A DNA stretch of 64,000 nucleotides from assembly GCA_963575745.1 (NCBI GenBank), contig CAUYUJ010000234.1, positions 1 through 64,000 of the forward strand, in the 5' to 3' direction. The position numbers were made by a program, and so were the translations under genes. This stretch comes from Prorocentrum cordatum. Lineage: Eukaryota. Position 1 is the stretch's first letter. Every line of letters begins with the position of its first letter. The notes beneath the pieces were generated by a model. That model was not told the origin of the DNA. It was given only the letters and a program-made list of their open reading frames with translations, and searched no databases. Positions 1-11,190 of this stretch are shown here, piece after piece.

Positions 1-149
1 AACAACATCGGTAGCCCGAGCGCGCCGGGCCCAGACCTCCTTAGACCGCCGAACGACAGGAGAGACGGCCCCGAACCAGGCAGGGCCCCCCTCGATCCTG
101 GACAAAACGGTCACACTTCGCCCCCCGATCGTCGGTGTCATCGTGGCCG

Positions 150-1400
150 CGCACAGCCTGCGAACATGTAAAAGTTCGCCGTCGCTGCGTCCGTGGACCT
201 CGCTGCGGGCCCCGCAATGCAAAATTGGATGGCCCTGCGCCCTAGAACGGCGCGCTGACGGGCCAGGCTGCTAACTCGGCGCATCGCCTTGACCAGCCTC
301 GCCACAGCGCGGGCATTGCGCCCGCGCACGCGCCGGGCGCCGCGCACTGCGCCATCAATCCCAGGGTTAACTGCCGATTATGTGCGAGCTCCTCGAGGTG
401 GCCCCAGTCGTTCCTGGATGTGTCTGGGAATCTCCTTCGACGGCGAGATCGGCCCAATCTTATCGAGGGGAATGTCGACATGGAGCACCGCCGAAATAAC
501 TTCCAGCTGCAAAGCGGCCGCGGGGAAGTCGTGGCAACTGGCGCGGGTCGACCCAATCGAACTGAGCCCCGGTCCGCCGAGGTAGGCGTCAAACGACGCA
601 CTCCTAAGGATAATTACACGCCGAAAGCGCCCAGAGCAAAAGCACTGATGAGGATGGTCACAAAACTGCGCCCCGCCATGGTGCCCACTCGGGCGCGCAT
701 CGGACTAGCCGCGACCCCTCCGAGCACCGCGAACTTAGCGGCCCTGCGCCCAGTAGGACAGACCGAGGCGATGGAGACACTGAAGCTGCGTTGGCGGCGC
801 CTCAGGGCCAAGGCTTCACTGGGGGCGCGCTCGTAATACATAATGAAATCCCAGAGCAGGGTGCAGGCGTGGTCCGATTGATTGCGGGCTCTCCCCGCGC
901 GGGCAGTTTGTTTCCAAGCCGCGCCGCTGGCCGACTTGCATTGGCCAGCAGCCCGAACAGAACGCCGGTTGGTTGCCCCCCGGCGCGTCGCGGCGCCGCG
1001 GCGGCACTTGCCCCCGAGGCGACGCAAGCTAGGGGGGCCAACGATCGGGCGGAAACCAGACGTGGGCTTAGATATCATCGCAATGATGACGGCGCGGATT
1101 TGAGCAGGCAACACCCCCGTCCACTCCTAAGAGGAGAGGGCCGGCAAGGCCCGTTCCGACAGGGGCGCAAATCGGCGCAAGTGCAAGCCGCCAAGCCCGA
1201 CCGCAGACCGCCGAGCGAAGGTCTTGGAAAACCTACAAATCTCGTCGATGGGGATGGGGGGAAGGGGTCGTCCACAATCCCAGCTTGCTTGACAGCCGCC
1301 TCCAGCGCTTCCCACTGACCTCTGAGACGGCGGGCCTCGTCGGCCAAGAAGGGCCGTGGGTCGGACGCCGCGATGCCCGCGGATCCTTCGCGACAGAATG
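150..1400 (-). pseudogene. Decayed non-LTR retrotransposon reverse transcriptase fragment
   Basis: Minus-strand peptide MISKPTSGFRPIVGPPSLRRLGGKCRR resembles RT domain 1 (K..g.RPI); LLWDFIMYYER resembles domain 3 (D..k.y[de]). The frame is broken by frameshifts and the boundaries are approximate. Confidence 0.6.
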
Positions 1401-2055
1401 ATCCCCCCCCCCACGCGCCCTCCTTGATCCACCGTCTCCGTCAGCCAGTCCGCCCAGTCCTGGCGAGCCCGCGCAGCGGGAGACACTCGCCGGCAAAACC
1501 TGCAACGACACCAGCAAGTTGACCGGCCCAATCCCGCGCCATGCGATCCGAGAGAATTCCCCCGAGGCAATCCGAGGCTAACGTGGGAACTTTGTCCAGG
1601 AGGCTCGGGGGACCAGGAAGGGAGTTCGGATGGGGGTTGGGGGGGGGGGGGGGGCGTCGTCGCCGGACCCAGCGCCAGAATTTGCCTCGCACGCGGTTCG
1701 GGTGGCGGGGGCGCCAAAAAGCGCGAGCCGCACCTCGGGTCTCGGGCCAATCCGTCGGCTGAACGGCCCCGCTGAAACGATCGAAGGCACTCGCGAGCCA
1801 GTGGCGGGCGCGGAGCTGGGGGCACCTGACGCAAGCCCGATCTTTCCCATGGAGCGGCCTCCAGCGGGCGATGGGCCCCTTGCCCCTCGACCCCTCGGAC
1901 AGGCAGTCCGACCCTGAAAGTCCTCGCCAACTCCCACTCCGCCAAGCCAGCCAAGGAGGCGCGCGCCTCGCTGAAGAGCTTGGAGGCCACGATCACGTCG
2001 TCTCCACGAGGGGCCCTGATCTGCGCGGCGCCTGGCTGCGACTCCACTCGATCGA

Positions 2056-2088
2056 AAGAGAGAGAGAGAGAGAGAGAGAAGAGAGCAG

Positions 2089-2178
<90 letters not shown>

Positions 2179-2185
2179 AAGAGAG

Positions 2186-2217
<32 letters not shown>
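2056..2217. repeat. (AG)n/(CT)n microsatellite abutting the 3' end of large LINE copy 1
   Basis: Directly visible imperfect dinucleotide tract. Confidence 0.95.
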
Positions 2218-2220
<3 letters not shown>

Positions 2221-2584
2221 GGACAAGTAGGCGGACCAGGGTCCGTCCGCGAGGCGCACTGCAGTGCGACAACTCGCCAAACACTATTTGCGGCGGTGCA
2301 GCCTTGAGATACGAGGGCGGGCAACAAACCCCCTCCCCCGGCGCAATGCGACAGACGCTACAGACGGCGGACAGACGGTGAAGATCTCACGTGTCAGACC
2401 GCGTGACGAAGAAGGCCCCAACAAGAAAGGCGACGTGCTGACACGTTGCTAGGCGGCTTGGCAGACCGCCAGTTGGGCGCTTGGCCGCAACGCGGCGCGC
2501 AGGGACGGGGCACCCCCCGCCCCCACGCCCTGACACCGTGGACGCGGGGCCACGCGTGCACACGGGCAGGCAGAATGGGGGAGA

Positions 2585-3727
2585 TTAGCGCGGGGCTCCA
2601 GGCGGAGCGCCGCGGAGCGATGACAGCATAGCATGGAGGGTGAGTGGCGGCGCAGCACCATCGGGCGAGGGCGTAAGCAGCTCGGCGAAGGCACGCCCGG
2701 CGCGGTGGAGGCGCTGGAGCAGAGGGCCTTGACGGGCATGAGCAGCGGCAAGGTCGGCGGCGAGAGCAGCACACCTCTGCTGAAGAGCGGCCATAGACTG
2801 GGACAGCTCGGTTTCGCGGTCGGTGAGGGGCGGCTGCTCAGTGCCTGCGGCCGCGGGCCTCGTGGCAGGGACGAGGTCATCGGTGCGCCTGGCCAGGTGG
2901 TGGACTAGCGCAGTACGGCGCTCCGTGCGCTGGCGGCCGTCACCCTTGAGAGGCGACTGGAGGGTAACACGCGGCCCCAGGGCTGGAGCCGCTAGGGCCA
3001 CGCCCCGTGAGGTCGGAAGAGCCGCATCCTCGCGCCCAGCAACACTGGAAGCGTGGACGGGGCGCGACGGCCTGACTGGCTCGGTGCCCTGCGGGGGGGC
3101 TGGAGCCGCCCCCGCGGGCTGGCGCTGGTGGGGGGACGGAGTGGGTGGCACGGTAGGACCAATCATGATGCCGTACGAGGGCTCGGAGGTCGGCCGCGTG
3201 GTCGGGTGGCGTCTCGATGGGGCGGCATCGTCGGCAGCGTGGAGTGTCGGCGGGGCGTCGTCTATGCTGCCACTCAGTCCGAGGGGATCAACCAGGTCAT
3301 CGTCGGCGTCTTTACGGTGAGCGACATCATCATGTGGGTGCGATGTCGCTCTCGGTGGCGGAGTCGCGGTGGGCGTCGAGAGGTTGCCCGACGGGGCAGG
3401 GTTGGCGCTGGCTGGGCCGTCGTCCAAGAAGTCAAATCCCCCGCCAAAGCCGAACGGGTCGTCCTCCTGTTCATCGAGCATCGCCCGTTGGGCCTCGGCC
3501 CAGAGCTCATCCGGGTCTTGCGGGATGAATGGTCCAGCCGCGGGAGGTGCCTGGTCCGACAGCAGGGGGTTCGGTTCCATTTTGCTGAGTTCCGCTGCTG
3601 TAAACCCAGCCCTGCGGTGTGGGAGCGGCAGAGTACGGTGTCTGCGCTCGTAGATAGCGACAGCGACCCCATGAAAAAAAAAAAAATTTAACAAAAAAAA
3701 AATAAAAAAAGACAAAAAAAAAAAAAA

Positions 3728-3768
<41 letters not shown>

Positions 3769-6700
3769 AAAAAGCAACGGTCCTTGGCGATGTCGAGGTT
3801 TTGGCAGCTTTCAACAATGTCGTCGGAAGTGTGAAGTGCGTGCCAGCCGTGTGGCAAGCGTCGGCCTGTAGACTCCGCGCCAGAGTTCGATATCGGAACC
3901 GAGCCCCAATGTCGAAAGGCTCCTCGCCCCAGGTGGCTGGCGAGTTTTTCGACGCGAAACATGTTGGGCTTGGCCATAACACATCGGTGGATCTTTTCCC
4001 AGAGCTCCGCGTGCGTGCCCTGCGGCGCTGGATGTCCGTCGAAGATGCTTTGGAACCCATCGACCACCGCCTGGTTGTCCACGAAAACGTGCACGGGCCG
4101 TTCGGCACATGCCGTAAGGTGGACAATGGCGAGGGTCTCCGCAACCTGGGCGTTCTGCGTTTGGCCGTGAACGCGTGCACTGTAGTTCATGCGGTGGTCG
4201 ATGCCGTAGTAGACGCCGTAGCCCGCTCGTGCTAGCAATGGGATGGCTTGGTTGGTGCACGCACCGTCCGTGGCAGCATAGACCCATGTCCAACCAGTGT
4301 CGTAGTCGAGGTAGGTGGTGTAGGTGTCCTGGGCTGAAGCCGCAGGATCACCCTCAGGGGGAGGCCGCGGGATGGGCTGTGGCAGCGGGTCCCTCGCGAG
4401 GTCGGCCTGCAGGTCGAGGAGGGCTGGGTCTTCGTCGAAGAGCCCGCAGTGTCTTGTGTGCGGCGGAAGACGGGCCCACTGGTCGTCACTGATGAGGGTG
4501 TGAGAGGGAGTCTTTCTCGGGCCCAGCACTTGCAGTCGCGGACAGTGTGCTCCTGAGTTTCCTCTTCCTCGTCGCAGTAGCGGCACATGGGGCTGGGGTC
4601 TGCCGACGTGTTGGATCGGGATCGTCGCTGTTGGGTGTGGTCCCCGCCCGACAGGTAGTTCAGGAGGAGCGCCAGCTGCCAGGCAGTGCATTTGGCTGCT
4701 CCTTTAGTTCGCGCGAGCCACGTGCTGGCGAAGAGGTCAAGGCCCTGTCTGACAGAGGCGAGGTAGCCAAGGTCGTGACGCCGTGGCATGATCCTCCGCA
4801 GAAATGCCCTGCGTTGTGAGGCCCGCAGCATGTGCAGGAAGGCGTTTTGGGGTAAATTCAGCCAGCTGATCTGGCAGCCCCAGTCGTCGTACATGATGCC
4901 AACTGTGGGCCAGGTCCATCGGAGCTGCTGGAGCGACTGGACGAGTCGTCCGACGGGACCTCCACCAAACAGGGTCTGGACGTGGTGTTGGAGGTCTCTG
5001 GCGAGCCCGCAGAGTGTAACGTCGCGGTTAACCTGTCGCCGCAGGCACAGGAATGCTTCACGCTGCGTGATGGCGTCGATCTCAAGGGCGTGTCCTGGGA
5101 CGCACACGGCCATGAGAGTCCAGAACTCGACCCACTTGTTCCCCTTTGGGCGGATAGCCGCCTTGAGGGCGTGGTTGTAGGCAGTTTTGGCTGGGCCTGA
5201 TGGTGCTTGAATGTCGGTGCCCGTGGTGCAGACGCTGGCAGCCAGGGAACGGGCGTGCCGCGCCTTGATAAGCATCGGCGATGGGAGCTTGCCAATGCGC
5301 GGCAGGCGGATAGTCGCCCTCCGTATACGGGCGTCTGCGGTGGCCGTGAGGTTAAGCGCGGCTGGAGCCGGCGCTGCCTCTGCGTTGATGTAACTCCCGA
5401 CGAGCTTGAAGGAATCAACCACACGTAGGGGGCGCTCCGCCAGTGTGAGCTGGGTAACGGCGGCGTGAAGCTCGTCGGTGAGCGCCCACCCTGCCACTTT
5501 ACCAGGGTGAATGCGTTGACCTGAGAATCGATCAAACTTGGCGGTTTCGTCGAGAGATTTCTGCAGCTCAGAAGCGGTGTGGGTCGTGGAGTTGCTGTCG
5601 TCAACGAAGGTAGTGCTGAGTGATCGAGGAACGTATCGGTGCTGCCTCTTTGTCCACACGCACATGAGCAGCTTGATGTCATCCAGGGACCACGAGCTGC
5701 CCTGGAGGTGACCGTTTGTCCTGACCAGGTCCCTGGAGCACGCTCCGTTCATGCGGATGTAGCGTTTGTGGTGTCTGTAGAAGTTTCGGCGGACAGTAAC
5801 GATGTCTTGTGGGCACCCCGCGTGCAGCGCAAGGTTTAGACAGATGTCCGTGATGAGGTAGTCGAAGCACTTCTGTCGGTCAAGGGCAGCTCCAGCTAAG
5901 GGGAGGAGTAAAGTCCTGGCGTGTTCGATGCGCAGGGCGAGAGAGGTGCTGACATCCCCAATGTTGGCTTTGGGAACAGCGCCGAAGCTCGTGGCATGGG
6001 TCCATCCTTGCCGCCAGGTCGTGAGGCTACGGTAGGCCGGCGCTTCCCACGCATACATCCACCCGGAAAGAACCGAGAGAAGTCGTTGGTCCGTCGGGAG
6101 TTCCCCTCGGCCTTTTCGGAGGCACGGGTTTGGCACGTGCAGGAGGGGCTCGGGGATGGTGCCAGTGCGTTGCATAGCACGTAAGACGCTGGCGAAGAGG
6201 CGAAGGATGTCGTCGGGTCACTCCTTAGCCTCCTTAGTTGTCCAGCCGTCGAGTCCCCCCGCGCGGCGCGGTGAACGGGTGCGAATGACGTGGATGAGTT
6301 GGTCGTCGGTGAGGTGGAAAGGGGCTGCTGGTGATGGCGTAGGCAGCTCTTGTCGGTATTCGTCGTAGAAGTCCGCCCACGTCGGCATAGCTTCGGCGTC
6401 ATGGCCCGCGCGAGCGCGGTACCTGCCCAAGATGGGCTCCCAGGTGTCGACCATGAGCTTAAGCATGTCTTTGGTGTTGGCAACAATGGCGTTGGCGGGG
6501 AGGGCGTCGGGAACCTGGGCAGGTGGTGGGTCACGAGTGTGGCCTTCGTCGTTGTCCGTGTCGAGCGAACTACCGTCGCTGGGGCTGAAGCCGCCGGCGT
6601 TGGTGTCGGCATCACTATCGTCCGTGCTAGCTTGGTCAGGGTTGAAGGCGGTGGTGTCGCAGTGGAGCTGTGCATCGTCGGGAGTGGTAGGCGTGCGGAG

Positions 6701-8349
6701 ATACGCCGTGGGAGAGCAGTCGGCAGCCCGTGCGTATATGGCCGCCTTTCGCCCGCTTGGCTCGCGGACACCCTCAGCCCAGATCTTGATGCGTTCAGCT
6801 TTGGCTCGGTTAGCACGTCGCGCCAGCTCCGAGTCTAGGTTTTGGATCAGACGATCTAGGTGCTCTCCGCGTGGTGCTGGCACGTCGGGGGTCCAGGCAT
6901 CGGGAAAGGCCAGGAGGGCCGTGGGGCGCAGCTTGTGGCAGAGAAGGCGGGCCGCGGTCCACGTGCAGTCGATGCGCTGCGCCAGGTACGGCGGGATAGC
7001 ACGGCAGTCGATATGATGGTGTTGTCCGATGAAGCGAAGCTCGCAATGTTGCCGATGGAGCTTGCGAAGGCGGTTCATGTGAATCGTGGAAGCTCCGTAG
7101 GTGGGAAAGGCGCGGGGGACAGCGGGTCGCTCCTCGAACGTGGGTGTGAGCCCGTGCATGTAGGGGCCTTCTTTTTTGGGTGGTCTGGCGGTGGGGGCGG
7201 CAGGTCCCGCAGCCGGGTGAGATGGTACTCATGGCTGGCCTCGTTTGCCAGGGCGAACATGCGTTCCACATCGTCGCGTGTGTCAGCCTGCTCCTTGCGG
7301 TCGTGGTATCGTCCTGCGATGAGGGTCCCTAATGCCTGAAGTTCGTGGTCCTCATGAGCTCCGTCGTTAGGAGGGTAAGGCGTGGGGGCCAGAAGGCGTG
7401 GGGCCGTATGGTCAAGGCGGCTAAGGTCGAGTGTGACCTGCAGGCCAACATGGGACTTCGCTGGCAAGTCACGCAGATAGCAGAAGTCGGTGACAAGGGA
7501 TCGCGCAGCTTGGTTGGCGATGATATAAACGATGCGCGAAGTGCGGGGGCACTTGGTGACGCGGTCCCAGTCAGGGATATTGCCATATGTGTGCATGGTG
7601 TGGTCTGGTGTGCCTTCAGCGACGTTAAACCATCCGTGCTGCATCATGTGCAGCAGATGTGGATTGTCGTCGGTGTTCGTGTTGGCGTCCATGCAAATGA
7701 AATACGGGGCTGAGCCGACCCTCGCGGCGGCGCAATCAGCAAGCCGAAACAAGTCGGTGCTGTCCCCTCCAGCGACCCCGTGGAGGCTCGCAATGTAGAT
7801 CCCAGCGGGACCGTGGTTGTTTCGTCGCCGCCTGCGGCGGTGCTGGGTGCAGAGCGGGAGGAAGGCCTCGTGCCATCGTTTCTTGGCCTTGAGGGTGGCG
7901 ATACAGGACGCAGTGTCGTCGACGGTGGAGTCGACGATGGCGACCTTAGAGAGGATGGCGACCCCCCCCGAGGCGCCAGTGTTGCCCTCGACCGTGTGGT
8001 CCGTGCCACCGTGAGCAGCTTTGCGCTGGGCTCGCGCCAGATCCAGGTCAGGTCCCAGACTGGCCTGGTATCCTCCGTGGTGTGGATTGGCGGCGTTGGT
8101 AGCGATGGCTTGCCTGGTAGGCTTGGCATGTCGGGTCTCCTGCAGTGCTATGACTGCGGCGTTGTGGTCGACACCTAGAGCGGTAATGGTTGGCCAGTTC
8201 GCTGGGAGACTCGTGATGTTGAGGCTGACGAGGTGGATGGAGCGACCTGGCCCATCTCCGTCGGTGGAGCTGGGGTTAGCACGCCCCGCACGGTGGAGGG
8301 CAGCCTGGCCGTCACCCAGGTAGAAGGCATGGCCACAGTAGGAGCTCAT
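2585..8349 (-). pseudogene. pol of copy 1 (APE endonuclease, RT, CCHC finger, RNase H), disrupted
   Basis: Motifs SLNITSL, ALQET, CMDAN, LDRQKCFD, QGSSWS, FVDD, CRYCDEEEETQEH, ATDGAC and FVDNQ are present. There is an in-frame TGA at 6218-6220 where copy 2 has TTA, plus several frameshifts; some of these may be sequencing errors. Confidence 0.9.
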
Positions 8350-11190
8350 GGCGTCGCGGCAGATTGGCTTGGACGGGGCTGAAGCCGCCGTCGGGCCAAA
8401 AGTATAGGCAAGGCATGGTCGACGCTGCGCCGGGGGGGGTTCATAAACATCGGCAAAACTGCCTCGAAAAATCCTCCTCACTCCTGTGCCGTGGGGGACG
8501 GGGGGAGGAGAGGTGAGACGGCAGCAGAGGGAGAGGGAGGCGACTCCTCGATCCGTCCTGCCGAGAACAAGCACAAAAGCAAACCAGCGGCGGCAGCTCG
8601 GCGCGGCAGCGGCGCAACGCGCGCGCACATACTGCGCACGCGACACCGCTGGTCCGTCCTGCGGCGGCGCGCCCGCCCCGTCAGTACCGTGATGAGCAGC
8701 ATCAGCTGGAACAGCTTGTTCGTGTGCGCCCTCTGCGCTCGCCTCGGGCGGTGGGCCCTGTGGCTGCAGCGGAGGACGCTCTACCAGCGCGTCAGCCACC
8801 AGCTGGGCGTGGCGAGCGGCGCGGTCGGTGGCCTGGCGCTGAGCCTCATCCATGCCCGCTGCCGTGAGGCACGCGTTGCGGACAGGGCTGACTCCACGCG
8901 GGGCCGCCGCTGCCGCGGCAGCGGAAGAGGTGGCGGGGGCGCCGCCGTGGCTCTGAGGAGACAGCGGTGAGCCGCCGCCGAAGCCCGCCGCGAGGTCCTT
9001 GACGGAGTACTTGTGCTTGAAGGGGTCGAAGGTCGGCGCCTCGTCGGGGGCGACGACGCGGGTGGGCGGTGGCAGCACCTGGTCCGTGGACGGCGTCGGC
9101 TCGAGGTCGACCTCGTTAGGGTCTTTGGCGCCGGCACCGAAACGTGGCACCACCTCGGGGGCTTGGGCGTCAGCCTGAGTCTCGCGGGGCGGCGAGCTCG
9201 TGGAACTCCCAGGGGGCTTGCGCGAGCGGTGGCGGCTGCTGGGCCGGCTGCGCGGGACGCGCCCGCCCGTGTTGCGGTCACGTGGCGAGGCCGCCTGGGC
9301 GTTGGCGCGCGCAGAGTCCGCCCTGCTCGGGGAGCGGATCGGCGCTGCGCTGGGTGCTGGGCTGGGCGGGCGGGAGCCGCCTGTGCCGCCCGCCGCCGAG
9401 GCTGCAGCCTGGTCAGGGTCGACGGCGTCGGGCCGGGGGCTGACGTGGTGGGCACTACCCTCGCTGTGCCGCGGGGAGGCGCTGTGGTGCACCTGGATGT
9501 GCGTGAGGACGAGCGGGACGAGCGGCTGCCGCTCGCGCTCAGGGGGGGCAGGTTTTGCCAGGGCAGGGCGCAGCGCTGCGGCCACGTTTGGCGGGGGCGT
9601 GTGTTGGCGCGGTTGCCAGGCACGCACGTTCGCCTCGCGCCATCCTTCAGGGCGCCCTGTCCTGCCACGGCTTGGTGCAGCCCCCAGGGCTGAAGCCGCA
9701 GGGGTTACCACTGCGGGCTGGTTGCTGGCGGTGCTGTCATGGCGGCCTGGGTAATGGCCCCAGGCACGCGTGGACCCTGGCACGGGCGAGGAGGCCCGTG
9801 GGGGAGCCTGCACGAGTGCACGCGGGTAGCCGATGACCGCTGGGTGCACCCTGGCGTGGGGGGCGTGGCCATAGCTGGAGGCGGCAGCTCCTGCCGCCGC
9901 GGGCCTGGCGCCAATGGGGCCACGGTGATAGGCGGCGCCCCCGCCGTACACCGCGCTGTCGCCTGTTGGGACGCGCGCGGGAGAGCGGTTGCGTGGCGTG
10001 CTCGGCTGACCTGCGTCGCGTTGGTCGCGCTGCTGGGTGCGCTGCTGGTGCTGTTGGTAGCGCTGCTGGTCGGCTCTCGAGAGCGGGCGGGTGTCGGGGA
10101 GGATGGTGGGCACGTCGGGCCGCCGCCAGCCCAGATAGACGTGCTCGAAGGCATGGTCTGGGTAGGTCTCCCCGACGGGTGAGTAGCGCCGCACATGCTC
10201 CACGTAGTCAATGTTCTGCGGCTCGGGGAGCACCGTGATATTCACAGCCCGCTGGTGCGCTGGTCCATAGAGACAGAAGCTACCACGGTTGCTGCGGTCG
10301 TGGTTCAGCTCGGCTTCGGTCGTGGCACGGCTCACCATGGCGTCGCAGAGGCGCATGTCGTAGTCGAGAGCTTGAGGCCCAGGTCCGCCCTGGGCATCCC
10401 AGTACAGTACCACATCTCGCCAGCGGGTGCGGGTAGTGTGGATGCGCTCGGCGATAGACTCGCAGACGGTCCTGACTGTGACACGATCCCTATGCATGTT
10501 GGTGATGGCTAGGGAGTAAGGTCGGCGGACCGTTTTGTTGAAGATGAATTCCTCCTTGAGGGCCTGGTGGGGGCCGAAGAGCACGTAGCCTTCCCTCCAC
10601 AGCGGTTGGTCGGGGGACGGATCTTCAGGCATCCCCGTTCCTGTGAACCCAGGTGGCCGCCTCGTGCCGTCGGGCAATCCCTGCCTGAGGACGCGACGCG
10701 GCCTCGGTGGAAGATACCATTGATCCTGGTAACCTGCTTGGCCTGGTTGTGGAGGCTCCCCCCGGGGCCTGAAGGCGCTCGGGGGTGTTCCTTGAGGTCG
10801 TGCTGGGCTGGCGCGTTGCCGTATTGGCGGGCGAGGATGTGCGGAGGCATCCCTGTGGCACGGACGTCGAACAGGCTGTGCGGACGAGGCGGATGAGGGC
10901 ATCTGCTGGAGAGGCAGCATGTGTCGGAGTCCCTGTTGTCGGTGCTGTACGCACACGTCCAGCTGTTGCATGAGTAGTCCGTGGACCAGTCCATAAGTGC
11001 ACGTAGTCCGCTGAGGGAGCAGTCTGGGCACGTTGGTTGGCCTGAGGTGCCGAGCTGCGTGTTGCGGCGGGCAGCACAATACTGACAGCTTTGGAATCGG
11101 CACTGTAGGCAAGTCCAGCGTCCTGGTAGGGGCGGGAGCGCTTGCTCGTCGGTGACTGCGTCGTCTGGGTGGGGTCGGGGTCGATCCCAC
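8350..11190 (-). CDS. Distal part of the accessory ORF of the large LINE (possible ubiquitin-like domain, then Pro/Ala/Ser-rich region); in frame with APE in this copy
   Basis: Part of the 7075-11190 ORF. From 10472 down it is homologous to ORF 27359-29382 in copy 2. The true frame probably joins the upstream ORF near 10790. Confidence 0.65.

Noticed and set aside
3672..3772. A-rich run interrupting pol in copy 1 (possible intron or poly(A) insertion)
   Set aside because: It is absent from copy 2, has no TSD or splice signals, and its flanks are error-rich. It is most likely a long-read consensus artefact; raw reads would settle this.
8270..8300. HRAGRANPSS before APE as a 2A/StopGo-like motif
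   Set aside because: It lacks the required NPGP in both copies.
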